Shown here in pieces: positions 16,920 to 18,305 of a DNA stretch of 18,305 nt. Each line of letters starts with the position of its first letter. The stretch's first letter is position 1. The position numbers were made by a program, and so were the translations under genes. Below the pieces are notes generated by a model. That model was not told the DNA's origin, made no database searches, and saw only the letters and a list, made by a program, of their open reading frames with translations. Location of the stretch: contig JAYGFR010000195.1 of assembly GCA_046581755.1 (NCBI GenBank), positions 1-18,305 on the forward strand, given 5' to 3'. This DNA is from Nitrospinota bacterium (GTDB lineage Bacteria > UBA8248).

Positions 16920-17312
16920 TTACGATGGGAGCAGGACCACCGCCTCGATCTCGACGATATCGCCCTGATTCAGCGCCCGGACCTCGACGATGGTCCGCGT
17001 GGGTAGATTTTCACCGAAATATTCCTCGTACATCCGATTGATGACCGGACGGTGGGCGCTCATGTCGGTGACGTAGACCGTCGTAGATAGGAAGGCGGAC
17101 ATCGAGCCCCCAGCCGCCTCGGCGATGGCCTTGAGGTTCTCGAAGGTGCGCCGGGCGCGCGTCTCGATGTCCGGCGCGACGAGTTTGCCCGTCGCCGGGT
17201 CGATGCCGCGCTGGCCGGCGATGAACAATAGGTTCCCGGCGCGGCGGGCCTGGGCAAACGGCCCGGTGGGGCGCGGCGCATCGCCGGTCTGGATGGATTG
17301 GGGTTCAGTCAA
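16920..17312 (-). CDS. RidA/YjgF/YER057c family enamine/imine deaminase
   Basis: APRPTGPFAQA..AGNLLFIAGQ.GIDP, FENLKAI, LPTRT (catalytic Arg retained) and VEIEAV. The start is uncertain; TTG 17312 gives the usual ~130 aa. The track's 201-aa version overlaps the upstream gene. Confidence 0.88.
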   Translation of the reverse strand: MTEPQSIQTGDAPRPTGPFAQARRAGNLLFIAGQRGIDPATGKLVAPDIETRARRTFENLKAIAEAAGGSMSAFLSTTVYVTDMSAHRPVINRMYEEYFGENLPTRTIVEVRALNQGDIVEIEAVVLLPS

Positions 17313-17397
17313 TTCAGGTCTCGTGAGGGGGCCCGCCCTCGGGGGGCCGGATGAAACCGGCGGCGCCGGGAGCCGGGGCCGCACGCCTCGGCGGGCG

Positions 17398-17622
17398 CTA
17401 TTTTTTCTTCTTTCCCTGAAACTCGGCCGGGAAGACAAGCTTGAGCCATTGCTCCGTCTGAACGGCCGCGGCGCTTTCGTCGCGCCCCGGAATAAACGCG
17501 ATCGGCTCCTTGTGCCGGGAGCCATCCTGCTCGACCATATAGACGTCGACGCCGAACCCGTAGAGGTCGTGATCGCGCGCCTCCAACTCGTACCTCACTT
17601 CGTTGTGAGAAACTTCCATCAT
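17398..17622 (-). CDS. Small hypothetical protein (74 aa)
   Basis: AAGGAG SD upstream, GC3-rich codons like its neighbours, plausible composition, fills the gap between RidA and the tRNA promoter. No family recognised. Confidence 0.65.
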   Translation of the reverse strand: MMEVSHNEVRYELEARDHDLYGFGVDVYMVEQDGSRHKEPIAFIPGRDESAAAVQTEQWLKLVFPAEFQGKKKK

Positions 17623-17737
17623 GGGTCCAATTCTCCTTCGGCCAAACCGCCGCCGATTCCGGGCGCTCGACCATCGAACCGGGTCATCATAGCGGACCGC
17701 GTGGCTCCCCGAAACCCCGCGGAGGGGCGGCTCATTC

Positions 17738-17767
17738 TTGACCCCCCGATACCCCCTGTGATAAAGC
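17738..17767 (+). promoter_or_regulatory. Possible sigma70 promoter of the tRNA
   Basis: TTGACC, 18 nt, then TAAAGC preceded by TGn, 10 nt before the tRNA. The -10 lacks its final T. Confidence 0.4.
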
Positions 17768-17777
17768 CTGACCTCGT

Positions 17778-17852
17778 GGGCCGTTAGCTCAGCGGAAGAG
17801 CGCTGCCTTCACACGGCAGAAGTCACTGGTTCAAGCCCAGTAACGCCCACCA
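17778..17852 (+). tRNA. tRNA-Val (anticodon CAC), CCA encoded
   Basis: D arm GCTC/GAGC; anticodon arm CTGCC/GGCAG with loop TTCACAC (CAC at 17810..17812); T arm ACTGG/CCAGT with loop TTCAAGC; discriminator A plus CCA. The acceptor stem has two mismatches. Confidence 0.95.
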
Positions 17853-17854
17853 GG

Positions 17855-17885
17855 AAACCGGCGAGGAAACTCGTCGGTTTTTTTT
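17855..17885 (+). terminator. Intrinsic terminator after tRNA-Val
   Basis: AAACCGGCGAG-GAAA-CTCGTCGGTTT stem-loop running into a T8 tract. Confidence 0.9.
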
Positions 17886-17991
17886 GTGGGTTCCCTCGGA
17901 TTCGTGACGTTTCCTTGCCTTGTCCGCATTGAGGAACCCGGGGGTCTCGGCTATGATCGCGACTCGGTTTGAGCAATCAGTGGGGCGAAGA

Positions 17992-18305
17992 GTGCAGGAA
18001 ATCGGAAATTCGTTGGGTCGAAAAGGGGCCATGGTGGCTGCATTGGTACTGCTCATGGGTTGCGCCACTGTGCACGCCAAACGTCCGGTCGATGTACGGG
18101 TTTTGGAGGTACAGAAGGGGCCGCCCCCTCGGGTCCAATACAAAGTGCAGTTGATCCTTCGGAACCACACCAAGAAACTACGTTGGTTCGCCATTCCGGA
18201 GAATCTGGAGCGGGGCCTCAACGATGAAATCACCGTGACGGCTCGGGAATTACGTGCCTTCAAGGAAGCCCCAGGTGCCGTGTATTTCCGATTTTCGGGG
18301 GATCG
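17992..18305 (+). CDS. Putative lipoprotein, 5' part only (runs off the window edge)
   Basis: Open frame to the window end: ...GRKGAMVAALVLLMG-CATVHAKRPVDVRVLEVQKGPPPRVQYKVQLILRNHTKKLRWFAIPENLE... with an LMGC lipobox. Start uncertain (ATG 17953, GTG 17992 or a later codon). Confidence 0.55.
   Translation, partial: MQEIGNSLGRKGAMVAALVLLMGCATVHAKRPVDVRVLEVQKGPPPRVQYKVQLILRNHTKKLRWFAIPENLERGLNDEITVTARELRAFKEAPGAVYFRFSGD

Noticed and set aside
1..18305. Genome-wide TGA reassignment (Trp or Gly, codes 4/25) as the explanation for the in-frame TGAs
   Set aside because: At least eight genes end in TGA at the expected C-terminus, including an ATGGTGA stop/start overlap at 10643..10649. The internal TGAs occur only at catalytic Cys positions.
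17853..18305. Integrative element or prophage inserted at tRNA-Val
   Set aside because: The tRNA is followed by a normal terminator and a lipoprotein-like ORF; no integrase or att duplication lies within the window.

Overview
GC-rich bacterial chromosomal window with about 19 protein genes and a tRNA-Val(CAC); no mobile element or CRISPR array is visible. Left end (minus strand): a catabolic-looking operon of gene-by-gene tandem paralogue pairs (2 acetamidase/formamidase-family genes, one frameshifted; 2 small cupins; 2 Gfo/Idh/MocA oxidoreductases). Next come a Sir2 deacylase and a divergent lipoprotein with Ca-binding DxDxDG repeats. A minus-strand run follows: DUF3891-like, Nudix-HpnC-HpnD triple fusion, hpnE, SirB1-like, DUF442-like, ilvD. 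On the plus strand lie a MetX-NIL fusion and two tandem DsbA/FrnE-like genes; RidA and a small hypothetical (both minus strand), the tRNA and a partial lipoprotein end the window. The main result, missed by the ORF track, is three probable selenoprotein genes. Each has an in-frame TGA exactly at the catalytic Cys position of its family, followed by a SECIS-like hairpin: two DsbA-like paralogues (UPYC and UPFC) and a DUF442/Blh-like sulfurtransferase-fold protein (HUMASGR). TGA is an ordinary stop in many neighbouring genes, so this looks like site-specific recoding and not a variant genetic code. All family calls come from motif recognition by eye; no database searches were run.
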